A stretch of DNA of 64,000 nt, from the IMG/VR virus record IMGVR_UViG_2558309035_000001; one strand, written 5' to 3'. This stretch comes from an uncultured virus (IMG/VR IMGVR_UViG_2558309035_000001) (Duplodnaviria > Heunggongvirae > Uroviricota > Caudoviricetes). The notes below the pieces were generated by a model, which saw nothing but the letters and a program-made list of their open reading frames with translations, was not told the DNA's origin and did no database searches. Below are positions 11,282 through 20,235 of the stretch, one piece after another. Position 1 is the stretch's first letter. Every line of letters starts with the position of its first letter. The position numbers and the translations under genes are program-made.

Positions 11282-11513
11282 TAATTACAACTCTAGAATG
11301 ATAAGTTTCAGTATAATCTTCATCTCCTGGGCTACATTTTTGAATTAAAAATGTACCAACCTCGTTACTTTTTCTAGATTCTGTAAGAGCTTCAATTTCT
11401 GAATTATAACTACCTAAAACTTCGTTACCTTTTATAACAATAAAACTACCTCCATAAGTTTCCAACAGAGCAGACTGATTGTCTAAGTAAAACTTAAATT
11501 CTTTTTCTAACAT
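11274..11513 (-). CDS. DUF5678-like small protein
   Basis: EFKFYLDNQSALLETYGGSFIVIKGNEVLGSY pattern; overlaps the protease start by 8 nt. Confidence 0.65.
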   Translation of the reverse strand: MLEKEFKFYLDNQSALLETYGGSFIVIKGNEVLGSYNSEIEALTESRKSNEVGTFLIQKCSPGDEDYTETYHSRVVIND

Positions 11514-11736
11514 AATTTATTTTTGCAATTATCAATTTACAAAAAGGGTTGCAAATCTACGAATTATTTACATATCAATGCTTTAACCAAATATAATACC
11601 AAATATTGTATTAATTAGATTAATTACCCATTTAGTAAGATAGATTTATTTTTATTTTATCAGCTCTCGAAAACGATAATAAAAAATTAAGGTTTTGTAA
11701 GCTATTTGTAAGCACGTAATGACACTAAAAAACTCC

Positions 11737-12270
11737 TTAACCCTGCTGCGTTACTTTCATTATACAATACCCATCATCATAAGAATATGTAATAAAGGGT
11801 TTGTATTTGGGTATATTACGATACACCTTCCACGCTTCATAGCTTGGATAATCACGTCTTCGACTACCTAAGTAGTTTCTATCGATCATCATAACAACAA
11901 GTGATCCGGGTAAGTTGTAATTTACTATTGGTAACGGAGCGGATAAATCAATAGTTCTGGTAACGTTATCTTGTAGATTATCGAATATTTCGTCGAAAAC
12001 CCTAACCATTTTCCAACCTCTTCCCCGTTCCGGTTCATTATCAAAATGTGTGTAATATTTCTTTGAAGGATTAATATGGCGATAACTCCAAGCAGCAACA
12101 ATTCTAAAACTTTGATAAATCCTATTGTCATTAAAGTGCATATCCTCCATTTCGGACATTCTAATATCTAATTTAATGCCCTTACTCGCATTCTTTAATT
12201 TGCCATTTGACAATACCTGTATTCCCGGCCCACCACCACCCTCGGTGTACAACTTCATTTCAACTTCCAT
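11737..12270 (-). CDS. Hypothetical protein (satellite cargo)
   Basis: 177-aa ORF, no family recognised. Confidence 0.55.
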   Translation of the reverse strand: MEVEMKLYTEGGGGPGIQVLSNGKLKNASKGIKLDIRMSEMEDMHFNDNRIYQSFRIVAAWSYRHINPSKKYYTHFDNEPERGRGWKMVRVFDEIFDNLQDNVTRTIDLSAPLPIVNYNLPGSLVVMMIDRNYLGSRRRDYPSYEAWKVYRNIPKYKPFITYSYDDGYCIMKVTQQG

Positions 12271-12306
12271 AATTTTATCTATTTATTAATTTTATACTTT
12301 TACCCA

Positions 12307-12516
12307 ATGGGTATATTTATCTTACTTTTAATTATAATTGGTTTTGGGGCATTTGGTTATTTTATACTCACTTCCATTTTTGATTTATTCATTGGTTCTA
12401 ATAAAGAACCCAAAACAAGCACCTACATAGATAACTCCGTTCACTATCATCAACATTTAACTATTGTTAAAAAAGATGAGACTATAACTGAAACTAGAAC
12501 AGAGATAAAGTATTAA
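12307..12516 (+). CDS. Small membrane protein
   Basis: N-terminal hydrophobic helix. Confidence 0.55.
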   Translation: MGIFILLLIIIGFGAFGYFILTSIFDLFIGSNKEPKTSTYIDNSVHYHQHLTIVKKDETITETRTEIKY

Positions 12517-12662
12517 TGATTATTGGAGATACAAGTCGCTAAATCACTTTTATTAATTTAATTATGTAAATTCTTTGAATTATAATTGAATTTACCGTTA
12601 CTGAAAACTATGTAAATAGAATAATCCCCACCGTATGGCAGGAATTATTCTTAGTATCCTAC

Positions 12663-12956
12663 TTAAAGCCCCATAGAATTAATTATCCTATCTAATTCTT
12701 CTGATGAAGGCTCTTTTTCAATGTCTGTCCTTGGTTGCTCTCCAACCATATTCAGGTATCTATTCTCGTGAATTTTAAATATATCCTCCAAATGATTGTG
12801 ATTATCAATTTTAACATCACTTAGGAACACCTCTTTTAAATGCTCTGGTATTTGACTATTGTTAAACATTTCATTGATTTTAGTCGTCATTGAGGAAATT
12901 TCAAACAGGCTAATATCAGTTCCTTTCAATTTTCTTGTAATACTTTCAATTTTCAT
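12663..12956 (-). CDS. Hypothetical protein (last gene of the satellite core operon)
   Basis: 97-aa ORF followed by a hairpin at ~12620-12650. Confidence 0.65.
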   Translation of the reverse strand: MKIESITRKLKGTDISLFEISSMTTKINEMFNNSQIPEHLKEVFLSDVKIDNHNHLEDIFKIHENRYLNMVGEQPRTDIEKEPSSEELDRIINSMGL

Positions 12957-12961
12957 AATTC

Positions 12962-13633
12962 TTATTTTTTAGTTAATTGCAAACTCCTTTGTAATTTATT
13001 TTCCACGTGATAAATACCCCTTGCGAATGGAACATACTTATATTCAGAATCAATATCCTTTCTTTCAGGTTTCACTATCAAGAATTTTTGTTCTACATTA
13101 GAATTACCATGCCAACTAACACCTTTTGGGGCACCTGGATGCAAATCACAATAATCAATAAAGTTCTTTTCATTCTCTTTTAAAATGTTGCAAATTTTCA
13201 GGGCAAAATCTAAAATTTCATTCTGCTTAACATTTTGTGTAAAGTATGTAAAATCGTTTTCTATGGACGCCTTACCTTGATTTGTCATAACTAAATCTGT
13301 TCCAGATAAAGACAATTCACTTCCATTAAATTGATTCACCATATTCTGCAAACTTCTTTCTAAAGAAGGGGGGTCTACTCCTAACAATCTATAATTTTCG
13401 GAATTCGACGCTTTAGGAAACGGAAACTTATTTTCTATAGTCTCTAGAAAATACTGGTAACCCCTACTTAAAAGTCTTTTTCTGACCTCATTAGAAGGTT
13501 TCTCGTCTAACATTCTTTCAGCTTTAACCAATACCGAAATAATAGATTTCTTCAAATCTTCATTTTTCCTGATTCTCGATTCAATACCATTGTAATCAAC
13601 CTCTATTATTCGAGGTGCAAATTTTTCACTCAT
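12962..13633 (-). CDS. Hypothetical protein (satellite)
   Basis: 223-aa ORF in the core operon. Confidence 0.7.
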   Translation of the reverse strand: MSEKFAPRIIEVDYNGIESRIRKNEDLKKSIISVLVKAERMLDEKPSNEVRKRLLSRGYQYFLETIENKFPFPKASNSENYRLLGVDPPSLERSLQNMVNQFNGSELSLSGTDLVMTNQGKASIENDFTYFTQNVKQNEILDFALKICNILKENEKNFIDYCDLHPGAPKGVSWHGNSNVEQKFLIVKPERKDIDSEYKYVPFARGIYHVENKLQRSLQLTKK

Positions 13634-13665
13634 ACTATTTATATTTAAAAATTAAACTCTATTTA

Positions 13666-13809
13666 CTATTCAAAAAAGTCCTCTATTTCCGCTGAAAACT
13701 TTCGCATTAAACTATTTCCTTGTTCAGTTCCCTGCTCTATTCCTAAACTATCGCAGTGCTTGACAAATTCATCGTATGTTTTAGGTACATACACTTCTCT
13801 ATTTTTCAT
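13666..13809 (-). CDS. 47-aa small protein not in the ORF track (MKNREVYVPKTYDEFVKHC...)
   Basis: ATG overlaps the upstream gene end and the ORF fills the intergenic gap. Confidence 0.5.
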   Translation of the reverse strand: MKNREVYVPKTYDEFVKHCDSLGIEQGTEQGNSLMRKFSAEIEDFFE

Positions 13810-14470
13810 TTTTAATGTTATTGGATATTAATTTTTCTATCTGTTCTATTGTTTCAAATGGCAATTGCTCAAACTCATCTTTAGATATCTTTAGATTGTT
13901 AATTTGTATGTAGTTATTTATGTTCGTAGATGGCTCTTTTTCGATACCTCCTGACAGCTCTATAAAGCTTTTTAATGCACTAGCGTTGTTATCTTTTACG
14001 CCTATTAAGTAAAGTTTAGATAATGCGTTAGCCGCCATGAATTTCAACTTACCTTTTAGGAGACTATTGAACTCGGATTTTAAACCATCTTTTAAATGCC
14101 TGTAGACTGTCATTCTGGAAAGCCCCAATTCTTTTATCACCAACGAACTAGGTGGAAAAGAGCCGTATTCCAAAATGTGGTTATGAATACATCTAGAAAT
14201 TAAATAATGATGCATTTCATACGTTGAATTCCTAAATCTCTCCAACTCTTCAACATCACCACCTATACTACAAACCTCAGCTATCATTTCACAAATGCGG
14301 TATTCTTTCCCGTCTTTGACCGTCATGCTGTGGTTATATTCTTTAATTAAATAACTCAAAAGATTCTTCCAGTCATTAGGTCTTTTTTCAAGATGTACAA
14401 TTACTTCCTTCTTTGTTGTAATCGTTTCAAATTCTGTAACACTTTGTAACGTTTTAGATTCTGCTTCCAT
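13799..14470 (-). CDS. HTH protein with a terminase-small-subunit-like C-terminus
   Basis: VIKELGLSRMTVYRHLK HTH followed by ALSKLYLIGVKDNNASALKSFIEL helices. Confidence 0.5.
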   Translation of the reverse strand: MEAESKTLQSVTEFETITTKKEVIVHLEKRPNDWKNLLSYLIKEYNHSMTVKDGKEYRICEMIAEVCSIGGDVEELERFRNSTYEMHHYLISRCIHNHILEYGSFPPSSLVIKELGLSRMTVYRHLKDGLKSEFNSLLKGKLKFMAANALSKLYLIGVKDNNASALKSFIELSGGIEKEPSTNINNYIQINNLKISKDEFEQLPFETIEQIEKLISNNIKNEK

Positions 14471-14510
14471 TTTAATTATCGTTCTATTCGTATTTTTAAA
14501 TCCTTTTAGA

Positions 14511-14807
14511 TTAAACTATATTAAGTTTCTTACTCAATTCCTTAATCCTTGCCTTTCGTTGATTAGGTGTCATCTTGTCTATATTTAAATTATCTGTAAT
14601 TTCTGTCCTGTTTAATTTAGGAAGGGAGTACTCTAACAATTTGATAATAGTATCTACCCTATCTTTTGATGACAATGATTTAATGTCTTCCTGTATTGAA
14701 TCCCAATTGTCATCTATTAACATATTTACATTAGCCCTTAAGGCTTCTGTCTTCTTATTAGGTGTTCCTTTAGGTCTACCTGCATTCTCTCTTTTTCCTC
14801 CTCGCAT
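14511..14807 (-). CDS. TerS-like small DNA-binding protein
   Basis: N-terminal RGGKRENAGRPKGTPNK motif, common in phage terminase small subunits. Confidence 0.55.
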   Translation of the reverse strand: MRGGKRENAGRPKGTPNKKTEALRANVNMLIDDNWDSIQEDIKSLSSKDRVDTIIKLLEYSLPKLNRTEITDNLNIDKMTPNQRKARIKELSKKLNIV

Positions 14808-14829
14808 AATGATTTATATTGATTGTTTT

Positions 14830-16068
14830 TCAATTATTTAAAATATCCTGATAAGTTTTTAGATCATCATAATAGGGTCTAATTACCTTTTCGTTTACAC
14901 CACTATTTAAAATATTCAGATAGCTTTTTATAGTCTTATCAGGTTCCGACCATACCACACCTTTAGATATCTCCACCGCAGCTAAGCCTTTTAAATCAAG
15001 CTTTGAGAAATATTCCGTTATACTGATAAGTTGCTTATCAAATTCAGACTTCTCAGCAACTACAGAAATTTGTTCAAATTCACTTTCATCAAATGTTGGG
15101 TCATACTTTATTATAGACGGTTGTTCCTGCTTTCTAAATTTTTCTAATGGAATATTGATTAAGAAGTCAGCTAAATCATAGCCGTTCAATCTCTGTTCTT
15201 CTGTAGCTTTTATTTCAAGAATCTTTGAAACTTCATATTTTGCACCAGGTTCTAAATCCGAAATTTTATTTAGCCAATTTTCATACTGCCCTAGGTCAGG
15301 GTATAAGGTTACATTACGCCCCTTCAACACCTTGGTCTTTTCATGATTTAGACCGTTTGCGTTACCCGCTGCCAACCAAACAAATTCATTGATATAGACA
15401 CTAGCGATTATTGCCGTTTTCTCGGATTCGACAATTGCAACCTTTTTGTCTGGGTATCGTTTCAATAAATGTTCGCCAAAGAAACATTGTACCAAATTGT
15501 AATTAGGATATTTACTTTTAGGAAAAGTGAAATAAACGTTTTGTTTTTTTCCCGTTAATGGGTCATAACCCATATTCTTTAATTGCCTGACATTGTTGTT
15601 TAAATCGACTTGAAAGAAGTCTACTCGGTTGTTATCCCTTTCACTTGTTCCTATTAAATACTCTTTCTTCAGTTGCTCCATCTGTTCCCTACCAAATAGC
15701 GATACCATGTATTTTAAAAAGTTATTTTCTCCTGTTCTTTTGAAACTTTCTGACAGTATTTCCCTATCTAAATTAGTGGTGGGTAATTGCTTATTATATC
15801 GGTTTAAGAGGGGTGTTATAGGTTTAACGTTTTGAACCGATAAATTCGGAGTTTGCCCAAACCTATCAAACCTTTGTAAGTATTCTTTTGGCGTCAAATG
15901 ATAACCGCATTTTTCTAACCTGTTGCATATACCTACATTATCGTTAACGTATTCACTAACCTCAATGTTTACGTACCTTGTGAATTGATTAGCCTTATTA
16001 CAACTAGGGCAATGATATCTGCTTTTGCTGCTTTTATACGGTTCCAAAATGTATTTATAATCTTTCAT
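14830..16068 (-). CDS. DUF6371/TOPRIM primase-like replication protein with an N-terminal zinc finger
   Basis: CPSC...CNRLEKCGYH; QCFFGEHLL, AIVESEKTA, VTLYPD, DLADF. Confidence 0.85.
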   Translation of the reverse strand: MKDYKYILEPYKSSKSRYHCPSCNKANQFTRYVNIEVSEYVNDNVGICNRLEKCGYHLTPKEYLQRFDRFGQTPNLSVQNVKPITPLLNRYNKQLPTTNLDREILSESFKRTGENNFLKYMVSLFGREQMEQLKKEYLIGTSERDNNRVDFFQVDLNNNVRQLKNMGYDPLTGKKQNVYFTFPKSKYPNYNLVQCFFGEHLLKRYPDKKVAIVESEKTAIIASVYINEFVWLAAGNANGLNHEKTKVLKGRNVTLYPDLGQYENWLNKISDLEPGAKYEVSKILEIKATEEQRLNGYDLADFLINIPLEKFRKQEQPSIIKYDPTFDESEFEQISVVAEKSEFDKQLISITEYFSKLDLKGLAAVEISKGVVWSEPDKTIKSYLNILNSGVNEKVIRPYYDDLKTYQDILNN

Positions 16069-16077
16069 AATTCTATC

Positions 16078-16165
16078 GGTTCAATAGGTTCAAACCTTAT
16101 TTTAAACTTATAAACGCCCTTAGGTTCATCGGTTTAACCGCCTATATAGTAGGCGGTATTAAACC
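16078..16165. repeat. Putative satellite origin: GGTTCA repeats plus hairpin ACCGCCTA-N5-TAGGCGGT
   Basis: Intergenic between the helicase and primase genes. Confidence 0.45.
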
Positions 16166-17304
16166 TATAGGATATCACTAGTATATTTACCTAATGTATA
16201 TGGCTTCCTTTCTGCATCTTGAACTACCCAACCTTCGTTTTTACATTGATCTACTAACTTCTTTGATTTAGCATCTGATAACTCCTTTTCTATTTGCCTT
16301 TTATGCTCTGTCTGTAAAGCAATCCAAAGCTCTTTATAGGTGTAGCTTAATTTCTTTGAGAAAATGGATGTAAGGAGCTGAAACTTCTTAAAATCATCTA
16401 GCTCTATACTATTACCACCTCTTTTATTTGATGCTGTTCTAACTTCCCAGTTTTCTGCTAGTATTGGAAGCCCTTCTTCGTTAATCTCAAAAGCAAATGG
16501 TTCAGGTTCTCTATCCCTACAGTATTCAGCTTCTACAATCGATATATCTTTGTTCTGGGGGCTTTTAGTTACTGATAAAGTAGTTTCTGCCTTATTGACT
16601 AATTCAGCCCCTAAATGCCCTCTAGCGTTATTATCGTTTTTATTTTGATGTAGCACAACCACGATATGAATATTTAACTCTTCAGTCCATTTGAGTAAAA
16701 GACTGGTCATATTACTGGCTTGGTCTTCATCATTAATAGAGGTTACCAGATCTCTTATCCCATCTATAACAACTAAACCTAAATTTGGTGAGTTGTAAAT
16801 TTTTTGTTCAATCATTTTAACCCTGTCTATGGCTTTAAACTTTCTTAACCCATAAGCTTTAAAGTTGTTTGGGTTTGAAGTGTTTGAAAGTTTACATATT
16901 CTATTTACAGTTTTTTGTAGGTGATACTTACCCTGTTCCGTATCGAATAATATTGCTTCGTTCTTACCTTTTTTAGCTGTTCCTTTTATTGTTTCCAATA
17001 TTTCAGAATTAGTAATGAATGAAGCTAATTTTGAACCAATTAGAAAAGTTTTTCTACTTTTTGCCTTACCAATCAATAAACTAAAGTTTCCAAGTGTAGC
17101 AATAACAGAAGGTGTTCCATTAGATATTATCTGAAGACAGTTTTCAGGTGGTGGTAATTGTTCTAATGGATTTATTAAAACAGTTTCAAGATCAACCATT
17201 AATGAATTTGAAACATCACCTTCTATAGTTATTACCTCGTCTAATATATCTGCTAAAACTAAATCTGAGGATTGTTTTAATTCTGTATTTATTGTATCTT
17301 GCAT
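16165..17304 (-). CDS. AAA_25/RepA-like helicase (P-loop ATPase)
   Basis: Walker A GKAKSRKT, FDTEQ, VVIDGIRDL, LHQNK...RGHLG. Confidence 0.85.
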   Translation of the reverse strand: MQDTINTELKQSSDLVLADILDEVITIEGDVSNSLMVDLETVLINPLEQLPPPENCLQIISNGTPSVIATLGNFSLLIGKAKSRKTFLIGSKLASFITNSEILETIKGTAKKGKNEAILFDTEQGKYHLQKTVNRICKLSNTSNPNNFKAYGLRKFKAIDRVKMIEQKIYNSPNLGLVVIDGIRDLVTSINDEDQASNMTSLLLKWTEELNIHIVVVLHQNKNDNNARGHLGAELVNKAETTLSVTKSPQNKDISIVEAEYCRDREPEPFAFEINEEGLPILAENWEVRTASNKRGGNSIELDDFKKFQLLTSIFSKKLSYTYKELWIALQTEHKRQIEKELSDAKSKKLVDQCKNEGWVVQDAERKPYTLGKYTSDIL

Positions 17305-17363
17305 CTTCTAGAAATAAAGATTTTTAGCCCCAATATGTCCGTCCAAGACATGGGGCTTTTTTA

Positions 17364-17705
17364 TTATGCTGTTCTTATAGATTTTCGGGAAAGTAAATTG
17401 TCAGTTTCCTGTTGTATATGCTTTTCGGAATTACTGTTGCCTGACTTTATCCATTCAAGGAGTTCTGATTTAAAAAAATATAACCTACCATTCTTTTTAT
17501 GACATGGTATCAATCCTTTACGAGCTTTTTTATATAAGCTATCCTTACTTTCCTTTAAATAAGAACATGCTTCATCAATCTCTATAGGTTGTTCTATTTC
17601 ATCTTTAGATAGATTGGTAAAAGAAAATTTTTCTAAAAAAAGATCTAATTTTTTATTTAATTCTAACACCATTCTAGGTGTTTGCTCAAGTGTGGGTGTT
17701 TCCAT
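17364..17705 (-). CDS. Excisionase-like HTH_17 DNA-binding protein
   Basis: IDEACSYLKESKDSLYKKARKGLIPCHKKNGRLYFFKSELLEWI. Confidence 0.85.
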   Translation of the reverse strand: METPTLEQTPRMVLELNKKLDLFLEKFSFTNLSKDEIEQPIEIDEACSYLKESKDSLYKKARKGLIPCHKKNGRLYFFKSELLEWIKSGNSNSEKHIQQETDNLLSRKSIRTA

Positions 17706-17781
17706 TTATCTTGTTTTAATTCTACAAGACAAATTTGGGAAATAGTGGAGGTGGTAACTGGTTTACACTAGTTTAGAAAAT

Positions 17782-18690
17782 TTAATTATCCAAAATAAAA
17801 GTCTCAATAATACTTAAAGCTGAATCTACTTCCTTAGTACTAAATTCTTTATAAACTAGCAGTTCCTTAGTATTTCTGTAAATTTTCCTTAAAGCAAAAA
17901 TTTGCTTTCTATTTTTAGAATTACATAATGTGGATACATTATTATAATAGTCTTCATATTCCTTATAGTATTCTAAAAATTTTTGTGTAGAATTATTTTT
18001 TGAAACTTTTAATTTTTTTTGTGCATTACCTCTAGTTACCTTTTCGTTTATAAACAAATAGTATAGAGCAAGTGACCTTCCCTCTGCATCATAAATAGGA
18101 TCTAACTCATTTACGACATCAGTTAACTCTTCATCATAAGCACTACTTAACCCTACAGTAGATTCATCAAGTTCAATTTTTAAAAATTCCTTTATAAAAT
18201 CATTAGCATATCCTTTCAAATCTAGGTAGTTACTTTCCCATTTATAAGAATTATCATGTTTAAGTTTTAAGTATTTATTTGCTATTATTTGACCTTTAAT
18301 AAAATAGATATCATCATCATTAATAAATTGATGAAGTAAAACGCTAGTTAGCCTATCCGATTTAATTTTCCGAACTCTATCAGTCAGGTGTCCAGAAAAA
18401 ACCTTAGCATACCTTTCCATACTACCTAATTCTTTATAATCGTTTTCAAAAACAGATTCTTTAAACGTTTTTACCATTACACTTAATGTTGCTAAAGAAT
18501 TCATAATATCTAATAAAACTATATGAGAAGGTTTAGAGAATTTTTTACACTCCGTTATGTATTCCTGATATAAATAATTTCTTAGCTCCTTATCGTTTTG
18601 AAACAATTCGATGTAAGGAATTTCATCAACTCCAATCCTATTCTTTCTATTTTCGTACAATTGACTGAGAAAAGTTCGTTGTAATTCCAT
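17782..18690 (-). CDS. Hypothetical protein downstream of the satellite integrase
   Basis: 302-aa ORF starting 2 nt after the integrase stop. Confidence 0.7.
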   Translation of the reverse strand: MELQRTFLSQLYENRKNRIGVDEIPYIELFQNDKELRNYLYQEYITECKKFSKPSHIVLLDIMNSLATLSVMVKTFKESVFENDYKELGSMERYAKVFSGHLTDRVRKIKSDRLTSVLLHQFINDDDIYFIKGQIIANKYLKLKHDNSYKWESNYLDLKGYANDFIKEFLKIELDESTVGLSSAYDEELTDVVNELDPIYDAEGRSLALYYLFINEKVTRGNAQKKLKVSKNNSTQKFLEYYKEYEDYYNNVSTLCNSKNRKQIFALRKIYRNTKELLVYKEFSTKEVDSALSIIETFILDN

Positions 18691-18692
18691 TT

Positions 18693-19949
18693 TTAAAAAT
18701 CCATTAATTTATCTGCAAATTCTTTCTTTGTTTTATCCTCAAAACCATCAAAATAGTTTTGTGTTACCGAAATATCAGAATGATTTAAAGCTTCGCTAAC
18801 GAACTCTATAGATGCCCCCATATTAATCATATTGGTGGCATAGCTATGTCTAGCCCAATAGCTCGAAAACTCTTTAGGGAACTCATATTCCTTAGCAATA
18901 TTTTTTAGTTGTTGGTTAATAGCTCTAGTAAAGTTTTTGACCTTTGTATAAATGACTTCGGCAGAATCACCATCATCAAGAATTGGAAAAACATAAGATT
19001 GTTCACCTCTATACTCAGTTTTGTATTTCTCAAGTATTCTCTTTGTAACCTTATTTAATTGAAAGGATATTTTCTTTTTATTCGTTCTCTTCTTTATCTT
19101 AGTTTTCTCCCTATAGTATGAAATTTCATCATCTTTTAGGTTCTCATATTTCAACATAGCAATATCTTTAAAATTCATACCGCTGCATCCATAACTAAAG
19201 AACCAGTAGTCTCTAGCCCTATCCTGTAGTTGTGGCAACTTAGAATGATACAATAGTGTTACTTGTTCCCTACTTAAAGTTTTCTTTACCTTTTTTTCTT
19301 CAGGAATTTCATATTTCTTTCTACCAAAAGGATAATACTTTTTATCCAAATCATTATCGGTTATAGCATTGTTAAAAATGACCCTAAGAGTACGAGTATA
19401 GATTGCCACGGTGGTTAAACTTCTACCTTTATCATCTATCATAAAACTTTCATAGTCCTCAAGCCATTTAGGAGTAATCTCTAAAAATGATAGGGTATTT
19501 TTACTAACCTTAGTTCTTTGGGCTTCATATTTTAAAAGAGATTTTAATGCAGCGTTATAGCTCTCAGCTGCTCCTATTCTTTCTTTACTTCTAAACTCGT
19601 CTACGGTTTTGTTGAAGTGATAAATAACACTTGTTTTATCTGAACTTTTTCTAAGTAGTTTTTGTTCAAAGTTTTCAAAATCAAAATATTCTAAAGATTC
19701 GGCTGCTTCCTCTGCTCTTTTCAATAAATATGATAATTGCTCATAATCTTTTTTAGCAACTCCTTTCAACTTATGAGAACCAATATTAGAGTTCCATGCA
19801 GATTCAAATCTAATTTCACTCATATTAAGCCCTGTGGTGATTCTCTTTGCTTTTTTAAGTTCATTAGACCATATTCTAACCTTTACTGGATAAGTACCGT
19901 CCTTTAGCTTTCTACGCTTATCCTGTACTATGGTTATTTTGCTATTCAT
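18693..19949 (-). CDS. int: Tyrosine integrase of the satellite (Arm-DNA-binding, SAM-like and catalytic domains)
   Basis: N-terminal DGTYPVKVRI arm domain; GMNFKDI, YWARHSYAT, LNHSDISVTQNY. Confidence 0.93.
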   Translation of the reverse strand: MNSKITIVQDKRRKLKDGTYPVKVRIWSNELKKAKRITTGLNMSEIRFESAWNSNIGSHKLKGVAKKDYEQLSYLLKRAEEAAESLEYFDFENFEQKLLRKSSDKTSVIYHFNKTVDEFRSKERIGAAESYNAALKSLLKYEAQRTKVSKNTLSFLEITPKWLEDYESFMIDDKGRSLTTVAIYTRTLRVIFNNAITDNDLDKKYYPFGRKKYEIPEEKKVKKTLSREQVTLLYHSKLPQLQDRARDYWFFSYGCSGMNFKDIAMLKYENLKDDEISYYREKTKIKKRTNKKKISFQLNKVTKRILEKYKTEYRGEQSYVFPILDDGDSAEVIYTKVKNFTRAINQQLKNIAKEYEFPKEFSSYWARHSYATNMINMGASIEFVSEALNHSDISVTQNYFDGFEDKTKKEFADKLMDF

Positions 19950-19966
19950 TTATCATTAAAATTACA

Positions 19967-19996
19967 TTTGCCCACAATTTACCCACATTTACCCAC
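19967..19996 (+). repeat. Satellite integrase arm-type repeats (TTTGCCCAC, TTTACCCAC x2)
   Basis: Three direct repeats at 10-11-bp spacing between the int start and the att core. Confidence 0.65.
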
Positions 19997-20110
19997 AAAA
20001 TGAAATATTATTAACTACTATTAACCAGATGTTATTAACATATATACTTGAATAACAGCCGTAATTTATAATAATATCTAATATTAAATATATTTGAATC
20101 TAAGGTATCC

Positions 20111-20158
20111 CTTGATTACGGCTCAAGAGGTTACAGGTTTGAATCCTGTCGAGGTCAC
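20111..20158 (+). tRNA. 3' fragment of tRNA-Arg(ACG) forming an att site (not a complete tRNA)
   Basis: Anticodon arm CTTGA-TTACGGC-TCAAG, T arm ACAGG-TTTGAAT-CCTGT, acceptor 3' strand CGAGGTC-A; no D arm or 5' acceptor strand upstream. Confidence 0.85.
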
Positions 20159-20180
20159 AAAAATCTATTGTATAATAGTT

Positions 20181-20230
20181 AAAGGCGTGTGCAACAGTTA
20201 ACTAACTGGTATCACACGCCTTTATTTTTT
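20181..20230 (+). terminator. Terminator-like hairpin after the att core (phage-supplied tRNA terminator)
   Basis: AAAGGCGTGTG...CACACGCCTTT followed by a T-rich tract. Confidence 0.65.
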
Positions 20231-20235
20231 CTATT

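Larger units (their letters stand above)
9067..20158. mobile_element. 11.1-kb integrative capsid-less phage-satellite (PICI-like) element
   Basis: Flanked by tRNA-derived direct repeats; int - hypothetical - xis - helicase - primase - TerS-like gene order; visibly more AT-rich than the phage. Confidence 0.85.

Noticed and set aside
9067..20158. Conjugative or mobilisable transposon
   Set aside because: No recognisable relaxase, coupling protein or T4SS gene; not fully excluded without profile searches
20080..20160. Complete tRNA-Arg gene
   Set aside because: Only the anticodon arm, T arm and 3' acceptor strand are present; upstream sequence cannot form the D arm or 5' acceptor strand, so it is an att fragment
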